Source: Octopus sinensis
Taxonomy: Eukaryota
DNA length: 64,000 bases
NCBI RefSeq assembly: GCF_006345805.1
Contig: NC_043010.1
Span: forward strand, 9,424,001-9,488,000
Reading direction: 5' to 3'
Positions 24,756 through 37,447 of the stretch are shown piece by piece. Both the position numbers and the translations under genes were made by a program. Every line of letters begins with the position of its first letter. Position 1 is the stretch's first letter. The notes beneath the pieces are model-generated. The model did not search any database, was not told the origin of the DNA, and worked only from the letters and a program-made list of their open reading frames with translations.

Positions 24756-24894
24756 ATATTTTCATAAACAAACCCAAAAGGCTTTGCGAGTTATGGAGAG
24801 AAAGCTACTATGGAAGGCTCATATGCTATCAGCCTTCCATAGTAGTTTTCTCTCCATAACTCACAAAGCCTTTCGGGTTTGTTTACAAAAATAT
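24756..24894. repeat. 64-bp-arm hairpin, 11-nt loop, 5 transition mismatches
   Basis: 24756-24819 vs the reverse complement of 24831-24894. Confidence 0.95.
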
Positions 24895-25111
24895 TATTTA
24901 TGTAGTATTAAGATAGTTTAAGTAATATTAACTAAATTTGACTGAAATTGATGGGTGAGCATTTGACCAATCAGATTCACAAGGAGCCACGAAAGCATCG
25001 ATTTGTGAGATCAATTCAGCCTGAGGTTAGTTCATCATTTTTCAGTCATTTAAAATCGGAGAATAATTATCATTATGATATATATTATATATATATATTC
25101 ACTTCTATATT

Positions 25112-25553
25112 AGGCACAGGAGTGGCTGTGTGGTAAGTAGATTGCTTACCAACCACATGGTTCCAGGTTCCAGGTTCAGTCCCACTGCGTGGCATCTTGG
25201 GCAAGTGTCATCTACTAAAGCTTAAGGCCAACCAAGGCCTTTTGAGTGTATTTTGTAGATGGAAACTGAAAGACGCCTGTTATATATATATATATATATA
25301 TAATATATATATATGTGTGTGTATGTATGTGTATATGTTTGTGTGTGTGCTCCTCCCCCCAACATCGCTTGACAATTGATGCTGTCATGTTTATGTCCCC
25401 ATAACTTAGTGGTTCAGCAAAAGAGACTGATAGAATAAGTACTAGACTTACAATGAATAAGTCCAGGGGTCGATTTGCTCGACTAAAGGCTGTGCTCCAG
25501 CATGGCCGCAGTCTGACTGAAATGACTGAAACAAGTAAAATAATAAAAGAATA
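25112..25553 (+). mobile_element. SINE family A
   Basis: Family consensus; internal ggttcca duplication. Confidence 0.9.
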
Positions 25554-26051
25554 TATATATATAAGAGTGGTGATATATAAAGGTGTACCTTATACAATAT
25601 ATTTATAGCTATATATGTGTATGTGTGTATAAAGATAGAACAAGATTCTGAACAGTTCCAATCAAATTTCACTCACAAGGCGATAGCCAACATGAGCTTA
25701 CTGAAGAAGATATTTGCTCTCAGAGCAACATGCAGTGTGATTGATCCTAGAACCATGTGGCTGCAAAACAAATTTCTTAAACCACATAACCGTTCTAGCA
25801 CTGTTTACAATTTGTTCCAATATTTTTTGCTCGTTGATTCCACCTTCTTCCTACATGTTTCTCTTGCATTCATTTCTGTAACTTAAAGTTCTTGTTGAAA
25901 TTTCCGTACGGTTTTATTTAATTTATTCCCACAATTTGTTTCCTCATTGGATCACTTTTAGCATTTTCCTTCTACTTTTGTCATTCCTTCTATTTTTGTC
26001 ATAAAATATATTGTTGGCTGTCTGTTAGCTCTAGAAGTTATAATCAAATCA

Positions 26052-26095
<44 letters not shown>

Positions 26096-26233
26096 AAATT
26101 TATTTTCATTCTGTTCAAAATTTTATCATTCTGGAAGCTTATTGGTCTTCACATTTGACTTACCTTCTTTATTTTGTTAAACCATTAAGTTAGTTCAGAT
26201 AAAACTACATTGCTATCTTCTAGGTAGCAACAT

Positions 26234-26652
26234 TCTCTTTACTCTTTACTCTTTTACTTGTTTCAGTCATTTGACTGTGGCCATGCTGGAGCACCACCTT
26301 TAGTCGAGCAAATCGACCCCGGGACTTATTCTTTGTAAGCCCAGTACTTATTCTATCGGTCTCTTTTGCCGAACCGCTAAGTGACGGGGACGTAAACACA
26401 CCAGCATCGGTTGTCAAGCAATGCTAGGGGGACAAACACAGACACACAAACATATACACACACACATACATATATATACATATATATACGACAGGCTTCT
26501 TTCAGTTTCCGTCTACCAAATCCACTCACAAGGCATTGGTCGGCCCGGGGCTATAGCAGAAGACACTTGCCCAAGATGCTACGCAGTGGGACTGAACCCG
26601 GAACCATGTGGTTGGTTAGCAAGCTACTTACCACACAGCCACTCCTGCGCCT
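26234..26652 (-). mobile_element. SINE family A (young subfamily)
   Basis: Nearly identical to 18273-18675. Confidence 0.95.
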
Positions 26653-26866
26653 ATTCCTTTCCTTTCTTTTAATAGCTTAGTCCAAGGCTTATGCTTAGGG
26701 GCTATGACACTTTCAGAATTGTTGCGACTGATGAAGGAAAGGATAGAAATTATTCTTCTGCTTCCAACCCGACCCAAATATTGTCAGTAGAGTGGAATAC
26801 ATTAAAGGGATGGAAGAATTCTGTAGTGAGTGTCAGATGAAGCTTCTTTCTCGAAAGGATTGAAAT

Positions 26867-27123
26867 CCGGCAGGGATGGTGGTGATCCCTGCTGTACTCT
26901 TTCACCACAACTTTCTCTCACTCTTACTTCCTGTTTGTGTTGTACCTGTATTTCAAGGGGCCGGCCTTGTCACTCTCTGTGTCACGCTGAATATCTCCAA
27001 GAACTACGTTAAGGGTACACGTGTCTGTGGAATGCTCAGCCACTTGCACGTTAATTTCACGAGCAAGCTGTTCCGTTGATTGTATCAGCTGGGACCCTCA
27101 TCATCGTAACCGACGGAGTGCTC
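26867..27123 (+). mobile_element. 5'-truncated SINE C flanked by a 64-bp direct repeat
   Basis: 26803-26866 and 27130-27193 differ at 3 positions. Confidence 0.85.
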
Positions 27124-27399
27124 CTATTCTAAAGGAATGGAAAAATTCTGTAGTGAGTGTCAGATGAAGCTTCTTTCTCAAAAGGATTGAAATATGGGTC
27201 GGTCCTCCATCAATAAAATTCTACACAATTATTATCAAACAGATTACCAAATTTCAGTCACAGCGCTTTAGCTGATTCAAGGTTTTCCTAGAAGACACAT
27301 TTGTAGTATATCAAACAACCTAACAAACTGGTGTTTGACCTTCCAAAAAAGTTGCATTTCTTTCAAAGAAAAAATGAAACATATGTTACTTGACTTTTA

Positions 27400-27525
27400 C
27401 AATGTTTGCCATGGTACATCAAAGAAAATAACAAATCTGTTACTAAACTGAATTTGAGATGTCAAAATATTGACCTGAATAATATGCCTGCCTACATTGC
27501 TGACAATGTTAGTGTAAACCAGTGA
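27400..27525 (+). pseudogene. Possible decayed hAT-type transposase fragment
   Basis: LLDF(fs)Y...GTSKKI.NLL...NIDLNNMPAYIADNVSVN resembles the ADNASVN catalytic-Asp motif. Confidence 0.4.
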
Positions 27526-27930
27526 TTCCTGATTTGCATAACAGTGTCCCCTTAGAAGCATTGTGAGCTCACAAAGGAAACGGCAAACAACAAGGGGTCC
27601 TTATTGGGAGGTGCTGGGTATTTAGAAGAGTGAGTCATCATGTTTGCAGAGCAAGTGTCTTCTACGATAGCCTAGGACCAGCCAAAGCCTTGTGAGTAGA
27701 TTTGGTAGTAGATGGAAACTGGAAGAAGCCCATCGTATGTATATTGCAAGGTTGGATTTGCAACAGTGAGTAGTTGCTGCAGCAGAAACATGTGTAAGTC
27801 ATTATAATATGCTGTAAATAACTATAAAATAAATTTTGTGGATGTACAAGTTTCCATACACTTTATTATTAATACTAGCATATATATATGAAGCATGGCC
27901 ATTCACATATATATATGTGTGTGTGTGTGT

Positions 27931-28228
27931 GGAGGCGCAATGGCCCAGTGGTTAGGGCAGTGGACTCGCGGTCGTAAGATCACGGTTTCGATTCCCAGAC
28001 CGGGCGTTGTGAGTGTTTATTGAGCGAAAACACCTAAAAGCTCCACGAGGCTCCGGCAGGGGGTGGTGATCCCTGCTGTACTCCTTCACCACTCTTTCTT
28101 TCACTCTTTCTTCTGTTGGCCTGCTCGCTTAGCCAGCGGGGTGGCATCATTCGAAGGCTTAAAACGATGCGAACGCATTGTGACCAGCGATGTGTAACAA
28201 CATCTGACGGTCTGGTCAGTTACGTGAT

Positions 28229-28235
<7 letters not shown>
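27931..28235 (+). mobile_element. SINE C head with an alternative 3' tail (sister family)
   Basis: First ~170 bp match family C, then an unrelated tail gttggcctgctcgcttagccagcgggg...gatcacgtga. Confidence 0.8.
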
Positions 28236-28304
<69 letters not shown>

Positions 28305-28308
28305 TGAA

Positions 28309-28580
28309 GGTGCATGGCTCAGTGGTTAGAGCATCGAGCTTACGAGCGTGAGGTTGTGAGCTCAAATCCCGGACCGGGCTACGTGTTGTGTTCTTGAGCA
28401 AGACACTTTATTTCACATTGCTCCAGTTCACTCAGCTGTAGAAATGAGTTGCCAAGCTGTATCAGCCTTTGCCTTTCCCTTGGATAGCACTGGTGGCGTG
28501 GATAGGGGAGGCTGGTATACATGGGCGACTGCTGGTCTTCCATAAACAACCTTGCCCGGACTTGTGCCTGGGAGGGTAAC
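28309..28580 (+). mobile_element. tRNA-derived SINE family G (CORE/V-like central domain)
   Basis: A-box tggctcagtggttagag, then gtgttcttgagcaagacactt...cagctgtagaaatgagt. Confidence 0.8.
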
Positions 28581-29380
28581 TACCAACACAGGGCTCACAA
28601 CTACAATTTCCATTTAGATTTAATTTTGATATTGCTGATGTTGATGCACTTGACTCAATAGGTCTCTTCAAGCATGGCAGGTCGCCCTATGATCCAAGAT
28701 GCTTTTGAATGGGCTGGTTATGCGACACTTGTATAGGTTACAGCTGTGAACTCATTTTATTTGTCGGGTCTTCTCAGTCTCAGCATACCTCCAGAGGTCT
28801 TGGTCTTTTGTCATTGTCTCTGTGAGACCCAACATTCGAAGGTCATGCTTCCCCACCTCATCTCATGTCTTCCTGGGTCTCCCTCTACCCCGGATTCCTT
28901 CAACTGTTTGGGAGTGGCACTTCTTCACACAGCTCTCCTCATTCATCCATAATACATGACCATTCCAAGACAAAGGTCTTTCTTGCACAACACATCCGAT
29001 GCTTCTGACGTCTAACATTTCTCTCAGGGCGCTTACACTTTGTTGTGTGTGCACACTGACATTACACATCCAGCGGATCATGCTAGCTTCATTTCTTTCG
29101 AGCCTACGCATGTCTTCAACAGTCACAGCCCATATTTCACTGCCATGAAGCATGGCAGTTCACACACATGCATCATACAATCTACCTATCATTTTGAGCG
29201 AGAGGCCTTTTGTCACCAGCAGGGGTAGAAGCTTTCTGAACTTTGCCCGGGCTATTCATATTCTGGTGGTAACACTCTCTGAGCAGCCACCCCCACTACA
29301 GAATTGGTCACCTAGGTAGTGGAAGCTATCAACTACTTCTAGTTTCTCCCCCTGGCATGTGATGGAGTCTGTTTACTGTT
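28581..29380 (-). mobile_element. RTE-clade LINE, ORF C-terminus and 3' UTR
   Basis: LHGSEIWAVTVEDMRRLERNEASMIRWMCNV...W.GHV...GRGRPRKT, a typical RTE C-terminus. Confidence 0.9.
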
Positions 29381-29614
29381 AATAAAAGCCAGGATGTGTT
29401 GCATTCCATTACTGAATAAATGAAAAAATGTATTACAAATACACAAATTACAAGTAAAAGTCGTTTCTATTTGCACACTCAGTGTACATTATACACTTTT
29501 TCTTGCCATTCGTGTATTTGCACATGTTTGTGTACTACACACATATACACACACACACACGGGCACACATACACACACACACACGGGCACACATACACAC
29601 ACACACATATATAT

Positions 29615-29830
29615 TATCATAATCATCATTTAACATCTGTTTTTCACTACTTGCATGTGTTGGATGGTTTGACAGGAGCTGGCATGTCAAAAGACCGCAC
29701 CAGACCCTATTGTCAGCTTTGGCAGGGGTTTCTATGGCTGGATGCCCTTCCTAACACTGACCACTTCACAGAGGACTGAGCACTTTTTATGTGGCACCAG
29801 CACCGGTGAGGTCACCAAGTAACCTGCAAG
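29615..29830 (-). mobile_element. Old family D tail
   Basis: catcatttaacatctgttttt...ggctggatgcccttcctaac. Confidence 0.65.
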
Positions 29831-30073
29831 ATAAAGACTTCTTATCTGAGATGGGGAGTTGTATAGAGGAAGGTGAGTTTGTGCCAGGTGATGAGAGGTT
29901 AAACTGTAACAGGGGGATAAAAACAGATGTCTTGCTGGAAAGGAGATGCATAGTTACCCCACTAAGAGAGAGAGCGAGAGAGAGAAAGCAGACGGTGATG
30001 TGCTAAAATAGGAATGTATCATATGGAATATTCTCCTTTTGGAGATTCATTCTAATTCTGATCTTATAGAAGT

Positions 30074-30495
30074 GGAGGCGCAATGGCCCAGTGGTTAGGG
30101 CAGCGGACTCGCGGTCGTAGGATCGCGGTTTTGATTCCCAGACCGGGCGTTGTGAGTGTTTATTGAGTGAAAACACCTAAAAGCTCCACGAGGCTCCGGC
30201 AGGGATGGTGGTGATCCCTGCTGTACTCTTTCACCACAACTTTCTCTCACTCTTACTTCCTGTAGTTGTGAGCCCTGTGCTGGTAGTTACCCTCCCAGGC
30301 ACAATCTGTTGTACTTGTATTTCAAAGGGTCGGCCTTGTCACTCTCTGTGTCACACTGAATATCCCCGAGAACTACATTAAGGGTACACGTGTCTGTGGA
30401 GTGCTCAGCCACTTACACGTTAATTTCACGAGCAGGCTGTTCCGTTAATCGGATCAACCGGAACCCTTGTCGTCGTAACCGACGGAGTGCTTCCA
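30074..30495 (+). mobile_element. SINE family C, full length, with a 41-bp foreign insertion
   Basis: Family consensus; degenerate TSD cttatagaagt/cttgtagaaat; insert at 30264-30304. Confidence 0.9.
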
Positions 30496-30497
30496 TC

Positions 30498-30640
30498 TTG
30501 TAGAAATACACTTAGCAGCTGATTTTTTCTTTTCCTATCAATGGCATCCATTATCCTCTCCAGCAAGTCATCGATAAAATGAGGGCTTAGTTGTATCAAC
30601 AATATAATTTTATGTGTTCCCATAAAATAAAACTGAAATA
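30498..30640 (-). pseudogene. Tc1/mariner transposase C-terminal remnant
   Basis: Frameshifted FILWEHIK...IDDLLERIMDAI resembles FLWGYVK..VY..P..IDDL..RI..AI; same type as 37448-38410. Confidence 0.55.
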
Positions 30641-30702
30641 ATTATTAATTTTACTTATAATTAATATTCATTTGTATGCATTTATATATTGTTAGTCTTT
30701 TA

Positions 30703-30898
30703 TCTTTTACCTGTATCAATCATTAGACTGCGGTCATGCTGGGGCACTGCCTTGAGTTTTTTGTTGACTGAATCGACACAAGTACTTATTTTTTATGCTT
30801 GGTTCTTATTCTATCAGTCTCTTTTGTCAAACCACTAAATTATTGGGACATAAACACACCCACACCGGTTGTCAAGTGGTGATGGGAGGACAAGAACA

Positions 30899-30937
<39 letters not shown>

Positions 30938-31092
30938 GACAGACTTCTTTCAGTTTCTGTCAGCCTGAGGCTATAGTAGAAGGAGAGACAGAGAGAGACA
31001 GAGAGAGAGAGAGACTTGCTAAGGTGCCACACAGTGGGACTGAACCTTGAACCATGTGGTTGAGAAGCAAGCTTTTTATCACACTGCCACTC

Positions 31093-31098
<6 letters not shown>
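30703..31098 (-). mobile_element. SINE family A (diverged)
   Basis: Family consensus. Confidence 0.8.
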
Positions 31099-31132
<34 letters not shown>

Positions 31133-31568
31133 TTATAATAACTTTTGTGAAGGACAATGGTAAAACAGAATCATCTGACCGTTGCTCTTTACAGAGTAAT
31201 TCCATCGCATAAAGTACTAAGTTTTAAAAGGGTTCAAAAAATTAAAAATTGTACATAGAATTTATAATGGCACTGCATAATATATAGTCTCTTGTATATA
31301 CGTTATACTGCATAATACCTGTTGAATAGCATTTTTCTTTTTGTAGAGTGTTTCATGTATAGTATATAAATCAAATGTTTCTAAGTGTACACTGTTTTAT
31401 AAAGTGTATTTAGCATAATTTATGATGTATGCAGCTAGGTGAGTAGAATTTGAAGTGTATATAGTCTATTGTATTCAGTCAGTTTTATAATGTGCCTTGT
31501 ACTTTGACATGTATTGAGAATCTATTGACAGTTTGATGTATTTATGAAAGTACCATTACTAATATCAT

Positions 31569-31915
31569 AGGCATAGGAGTGGCTGTGTGGTAAGTAGCTT
31601 GCTTACGAACCACATGGTTCTGGGTTCAGTCCACTGCATGGCTTCAGGCTGACCAAAGCCTTGTGAGTGGATTTGGTAGATGGAAACTGAAAGAAGCACA
31701 TTGTATATATGTATATAAATATATATGTATGTGTGTAACATCGCTTGACAACCAATGCTGGTGTGTTTACGTCCCCATGAATTAGCAGTTTGGCAAAAGA
31801 GACTGATAGAATAAGTACTAGGCTCACAAAGAATAAGTCCTGGGATCGATTTGCTTGACTAAAGGCAGTGCTCCAGCATGGCCACAGTCAAATGACATAA
31901 ACAAGTAAAAGAGTA
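31569..31915 (+). mobile_element. SINE family A
   Basis: Family consensus with internal deletions. Confidence 0.9.
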
Positions 31916-32071
31916 ATATCATACAAAAAAAATATTATTAAAAAACTGTATATAATAAATTGTGTATGTCTGACAATTTATTAAACATTTTACAACTATA
32001 TTCTTCATGAACTACACTAACTGAAATTTCATTTTAAAAATAATTTAGAATTTTGTTGGGTAGAGTTAAAT

Positions 32072-32291
32072 TACTCTCATTTATTTCTCTCATTTACTTG
32101 TTTCAGTCATTTGACTGCGGCCATGCTGGAGCACCGCCTTTTAGTCGAGCAAATCGACCCCAGGACTTATTCTTTGTAAGCCCAGTACTTATTCTATCGG
32201 TCTCTTTTGCCGAACCGCTAAGTGACGGGGGACGTAAACACACCGGTTGTCAAGCAATGCTAGGGGGACAAACACAGACACACAAACATAT

Positions 32292-32322
<31 letters not shown>

Positions 32323-32490
32323 CATACGACAGGCTTCTTTCAGTTTCCGTCTACCAAATCCACTCACAAGGCTTTGGTCGGCCCGAGGCTATAGCAGAAG
32401 ACACTTGCCCAAGATGCCACGCAGTGGGACTGAACCCGGAACCATGTGGTTGGTAAGCAAGCTACTTACCACACAGCCACTCCTGCGCCC
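32072..32490 (-). mobile_element. SINE family A (young)
   Basis: Family consensus; CpGs retained. Confidence 0.95.
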
Positions 32491-33124
32491 TGAATATTTT
32501 ATTTATAAGACGGTGCTTGAAATAACGAAAGGTTTATATATAAAACTGTAATAGTATGTTATATTTTTTAAACTTTGAAACAAGATGTGTTTCATATGAT
32601 ATGAGATGAGGCGATCTCAAGTGGGTTAGTATTGAAAGTGTTAATTATTTATTCAACAGAGGCTGTACAATGTACAACATTCAACTTAAAATCTATAGCA
32701 TAATGTGCAGTATAATGTAAAGTTACTGTAAAAAACAAACTTCAGCAGACAGTGTACAAAAGACAGTTTTGAACAAGCTATAACTCGATAGAAAATTGAG
32801 TGCTTTTCAGAGTCAAATTCTTATATAATCACTTTTTAAAGAAAATTGTTTAGGAAAAAAAAACATTTATTTATTTATTTATTTATTCCTCTCATATTAC
32901 AGACTCCATATGTATTCTTTGATTAAATTTTACTTCCAGAATTTTAAAAGTAATCCAAATTATGACAAAACTAAATGTAAAAATAATGTTTGGAAGTAAT
33001 CATATTGCATTGCATTTTATGATAAAAAAATAACAATTACAATATTTATGTACATGCAAACATATATACAAATTTTACATAGACTTATCAATATATACAG
33101 CCCTGCAAACCAATATATACTGTA

Positions 33125-33365
33125 TACATACATACATGCATACATACATACACACATACATACATACATACACACATGCATACATACATACATACATACA
33201 TACATACACACATACATACATACATACACACATGCATACATACATACATACATACATACATACATACATACATACATACATACATACATGCATGCATACA
33301 TACATACATACATACATACATACATACATACATACATGCATACATACATACATGCATGCATACAT
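33125..33365. repeat. (CATA)n tetranucleotide satellite
   Basis: Direct reading. Confidence 0.95.
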
Positions 33366-33757
33366 AAAAATAGATAATTTCTTTGAGATGGTAATTATAA
33401 CTTCCACCATTATGGCAACAAACAACAATAATAATTTAGCTTCAATTCCTTGGCTATAGAATCTAATTCTATGGAAGGTCTCTTTCTAAAACATTATGGT
33501 CCACTTGCTATGGATGTTTTATTAAAACAATGAGTTCAATAAAAGGTCTTTTGTTTTGTTTGAAAATGTATCAGGAATGCCTTACCATATTTCACTGAAT
33601 CGGTAACTCAAGGATTTTACTCCAGGTTTCCTTCTGCTACTCTTTCTTTAGTCTTTTTCTCAATATATGTATGCATATTGCATGTGTGTGTGAATGTATG
33701 CATAAACATATATGCATGTACTCATGCATATATATATATGTAACATATAATAAAGTA

Positions 33758-33842
33758 ACATATTATTTCATAGATAAATTTCCTCTATTTACATAATATT
33801 GAGGTCTCTTTCTTTCTTTTGTTATCTTACCGTTTTACCAAT
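33758..33842 (+). mobile_element. Family F 3' fragment without the hammerhead
   Basis: Nearly identical to 24010-24098. Confidence 0.75.
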
Positions 33843-36814
33843 ATATATATATATATATACACACATCCATGTTTATATTTGTGTGTGTATATAATTATAT
33901 ATATGTTTATGCATATATATATATATATATATGCCTGTATACTTACATTTATATATGTAATATGCACACATATATATGTGTGTATAAATCTGCATATGCA
34001 CGTATACTAACACTCACACACATAAGCTCATACATATGTATATGTTTTTACTAGTTTCAGTCTAAAAATGTGTGTGATGGTGAGGGGGGTGCAACAGAAC
34101 ATAACCACATACAATTGTATATACATCTACATATGCCCAATAAACATGATTAGAAACAAACTACAATCAGATTGCATCCGTATTACAATGAAATATTTAA
34201 TTCTTATTATCCACCATTTTTTCTGACAGTATTAGTTGATGTAGACATCTATAAACGTTATTTAATAATCAGACATTGAAGCCATTTTTTTTTTAATCAT
34301 TCATCACATACATGAATTTTGGAAATGTTGTAAAATGAGATAATTACTTACAAGGCTTGGAATGTTCTTTAGCTTAAAGAAAGCTTATGTATTTGTAGCA
34401 CTTCCTGGCAAACATGATGGCAGTGGAGAGGCAAAATCCTTAAAATATTAGGTAACATGTCTACAGTGTTCAGTTACAAGTCTTTTTTTTCTGAGAGCTA
34501 ATCCTGATGGTATCAATTTTGCCTTTCATTTTCCTGGGGGTCGATGAAGTAAAGTATTGGTCAAATGCTAAGGGTTTGTAAAATATTCCAGTAAAGTGTT
34601 TTAGACATGATGGAATTATAATAAAAGAAGTTCTTTGCCCTTCATCAAGGTAGTGAAGGATCAAATATGTTCAGTGACTTTTGCCATCTGCTGAAGGAAG
34701 ACTAACTTTCACTTTCGCTATCAACTTTATTAAAATCAATCAATGTAATAAAAGATTAGTGATTAGTAAATTAGCACACATATGCATTCACCTAAATGCA
34801 CTTTCACCACTACTTCTTTCTACACTCACGTACATAGATACACATACAGACGCATTACACATACAAATATCCATGTACACTGAAACAAACACAAAGTGGT
34901 AATATGCAGTCATAAACACATGTTAATAACATGCACATATACATACATATAAAGCTAACACCAAACAACATACAGAGTATAATACCATTTACTCAATCAT
35001 ATACAAACACATGCACAAATGCATTTGCTGTGTTTGGTCCATGTTTCACAAAGAGGATAATAATAAAAAAAATCTTGAAATGGGGTTAGCAATTCCTCCA
35101 TTACAACAGCAGATGTTCAATTTCAAATGGTTTTTCAGTCAAAATTAGATTTTCAAAATTAGATTTCAACGTATTGAAACTGTTTGTACATATTGATAAA
35201 AAGTAAAAATTTGTATCCATCTGACTGTGTTGATTTGATATTTTCTTGGATGTAAACATCATTGTCAAAATACCTTTCATTCTATATCAGAAAAAAATTT
35301 AAAATGGGTTAATTATTGTCCCATGAACAGTAAATTTTAATGGTCGGCTTATCATGTTTTAGAAATCTCAGTATTTTATTTTTTAAATGAACTATCAGCA
35401 TCCTGCAAAAAAATCTATTGAATTTTTTTTTATTTTTGCTTTTATTTTTATACATTTGGCAAGCATTCATTTATCTGTAAGTGTTACTTTTTTTTCATTC
35501 TATTCATTAGGTAATTATCAAAGAATTTTTATTTTAAAATCTGATCAAGGAAAAAGCTTTTGTATCATGAAATCTTTAAAAATCTGATCATTATAGTTAA
35601 CTTTGAATTATTATCTGAAATTTGCTTTCAGTAACAATATCAATTTTATCTTTATTTTGTGAAGTACAATTTTTGTTAATTCAACATCCAAGTGACATGA
35701 GAAAATTCAGAGGAAATCAACGACATCTTTAGAAATCTTTGAAAATTTATAGACTTGGTCCATTTTTTTACTTCCTTTTCTTTCTCTCAGTCATGACAAT
35801 AAGTTTTGACTTGAAATAGAAACTTCTCGGAACTTTTACATATCTAAGAAGCATTTAGAATGCAAAGGTTATCATTTTCTCATAAATAAAGATTATGTTT
35901 TTAGTATTTATAGCTTTATGTGAAAGTGTAACCATTCCTATCAACATGAGCTGTTTTAGGCTATGTTTAGGTATTTTCACAATCTATCTATAATTGTCAT
36001 AGTATTATTAGCTGTTTGTCACAGCTACTCTGTTGATAAGTATCGTTTGTTTAACAAAAGTTTTCACAGCTAAAAATTTATCAACTATATTAGTATATTA
36101 GTCATTCTGCCATATGCTACTGTTATCATCACCAAAGATGAACAATTTTAACTCAGGCACAGACAAACTGCATATTTGATTTATTCAATTTTTTTTTTTT
36201 TTAATATAAAAGAAACATTTAATACCTCGATAAAATGCATCCAGGATATTTCGTGAAATTTGCCATAAGACAGGCATCCTACCATAGAAACCATGCAAAC
36301 AGTGAAACTTATGAGTGGAATATGGCTGCCACCCTGTCTGTCTTGGAGAGCAGTAACTCCAAATAAGAAATTACTCAGACTGTGATGACTCACCTAACTC
36401 ATTCCGATATGAAAAAGCAAGCGCAAAATGATGACAATGATGACAATGACAAATACTACAACAACAGCAATAATAGTGATGATAATTGTAATGATGACGG
36501 GTGTTGTTGTTGTTCTTCTTCTTCTTCCAATCAGGACTCACGCCATTAGCCACAAAGAATAATCTCTAATTCGAGCCTACTCTAAGCTGCTAAGAATGTG
36601 TGTGGCAACTTGAAGATCCACCCACCACACGCGATAGACTGGTGGTTGCACGGGCAAGAAAGCTACGTTGTTATCCTCATTCTGTAAACGGTCACTTTTA
36701 ACAGGTGGAGAGCTGAACCATCCTGGGGTACAGAGGATTAAGAATCTAGACTAGGGTCTGAAAGTTTACCACACCATAGTGGGTTACACCATGGATCCTT
36801 TGCTTTGTGGAAGA

Positions 36815-37012
36815 AGTAGGAAGAAAGAGTGAGAGAAAGTTGTGGTTAAAGAGTACAGCGGGGTTCACCACCCTCCCCCGCTTGAGCCTCATGGAGCTTA
36901 GGTGTTTTTGCTCAATAAACACTCACAATGCCTGGACCAGGAATCGAAACTGTGTTCTTATTACTGTGAGTCCACTACCCTAACCACTGGGCCATTGTGC
37001 TTCCACGGGTGT
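36815..37012 (-). mobile_element. SINE C fragment
   Basis: Reverse complement of the family C 5' half. Confidence 0.8.
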
Positions 37013-37447
37013 TGTTGTTTGTTTTGGTAGTGATCGCCAATCTTTCTCCTCTTGTCTCAATGTTTCAGAGTTGGCCTTCAGTTCTTGTTAATACTTTCCT
37101 AAATATTTCTATTATTCTCACCATTGTCCTGTTTTCCTACACACACACACACACACACATATATATCTACAGCAGGCTTCTTTCAGATTCTATCTATAGT
37201 AGAAAACACTTGCTGAGGAACTGAACTCAGAACCATGTGGTCTTAACACACAGCCATACCTGCACCGACACTTTAAATACTAACAATTTTATTGTTAATC
37301 TCCAGTGCTATCTGAGTATTGGTTTTACTTGTTACACGGATAGGGTACTGTCTACTGTTCATTGTGTACTCAGCGTATATGGTCAGAAATGAAAGATGTG
37401 GTGAAATATCATATAAACTGATAGGATATCAAGACTTTAAAACGTAA

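Noticed and set aside
27931-28005. tRNA-like sequences at SINE heads (also 28309, 30074, 49835)
   Set aside because: They run directly into multi-copy SINE bodies; not standalone tRNA genes.
30498-30637. Open minus-strand frame after a strong tttcag acceptor
   Set aside because: It matches a frameshifted Tc1/mariner transposase C-terminus.
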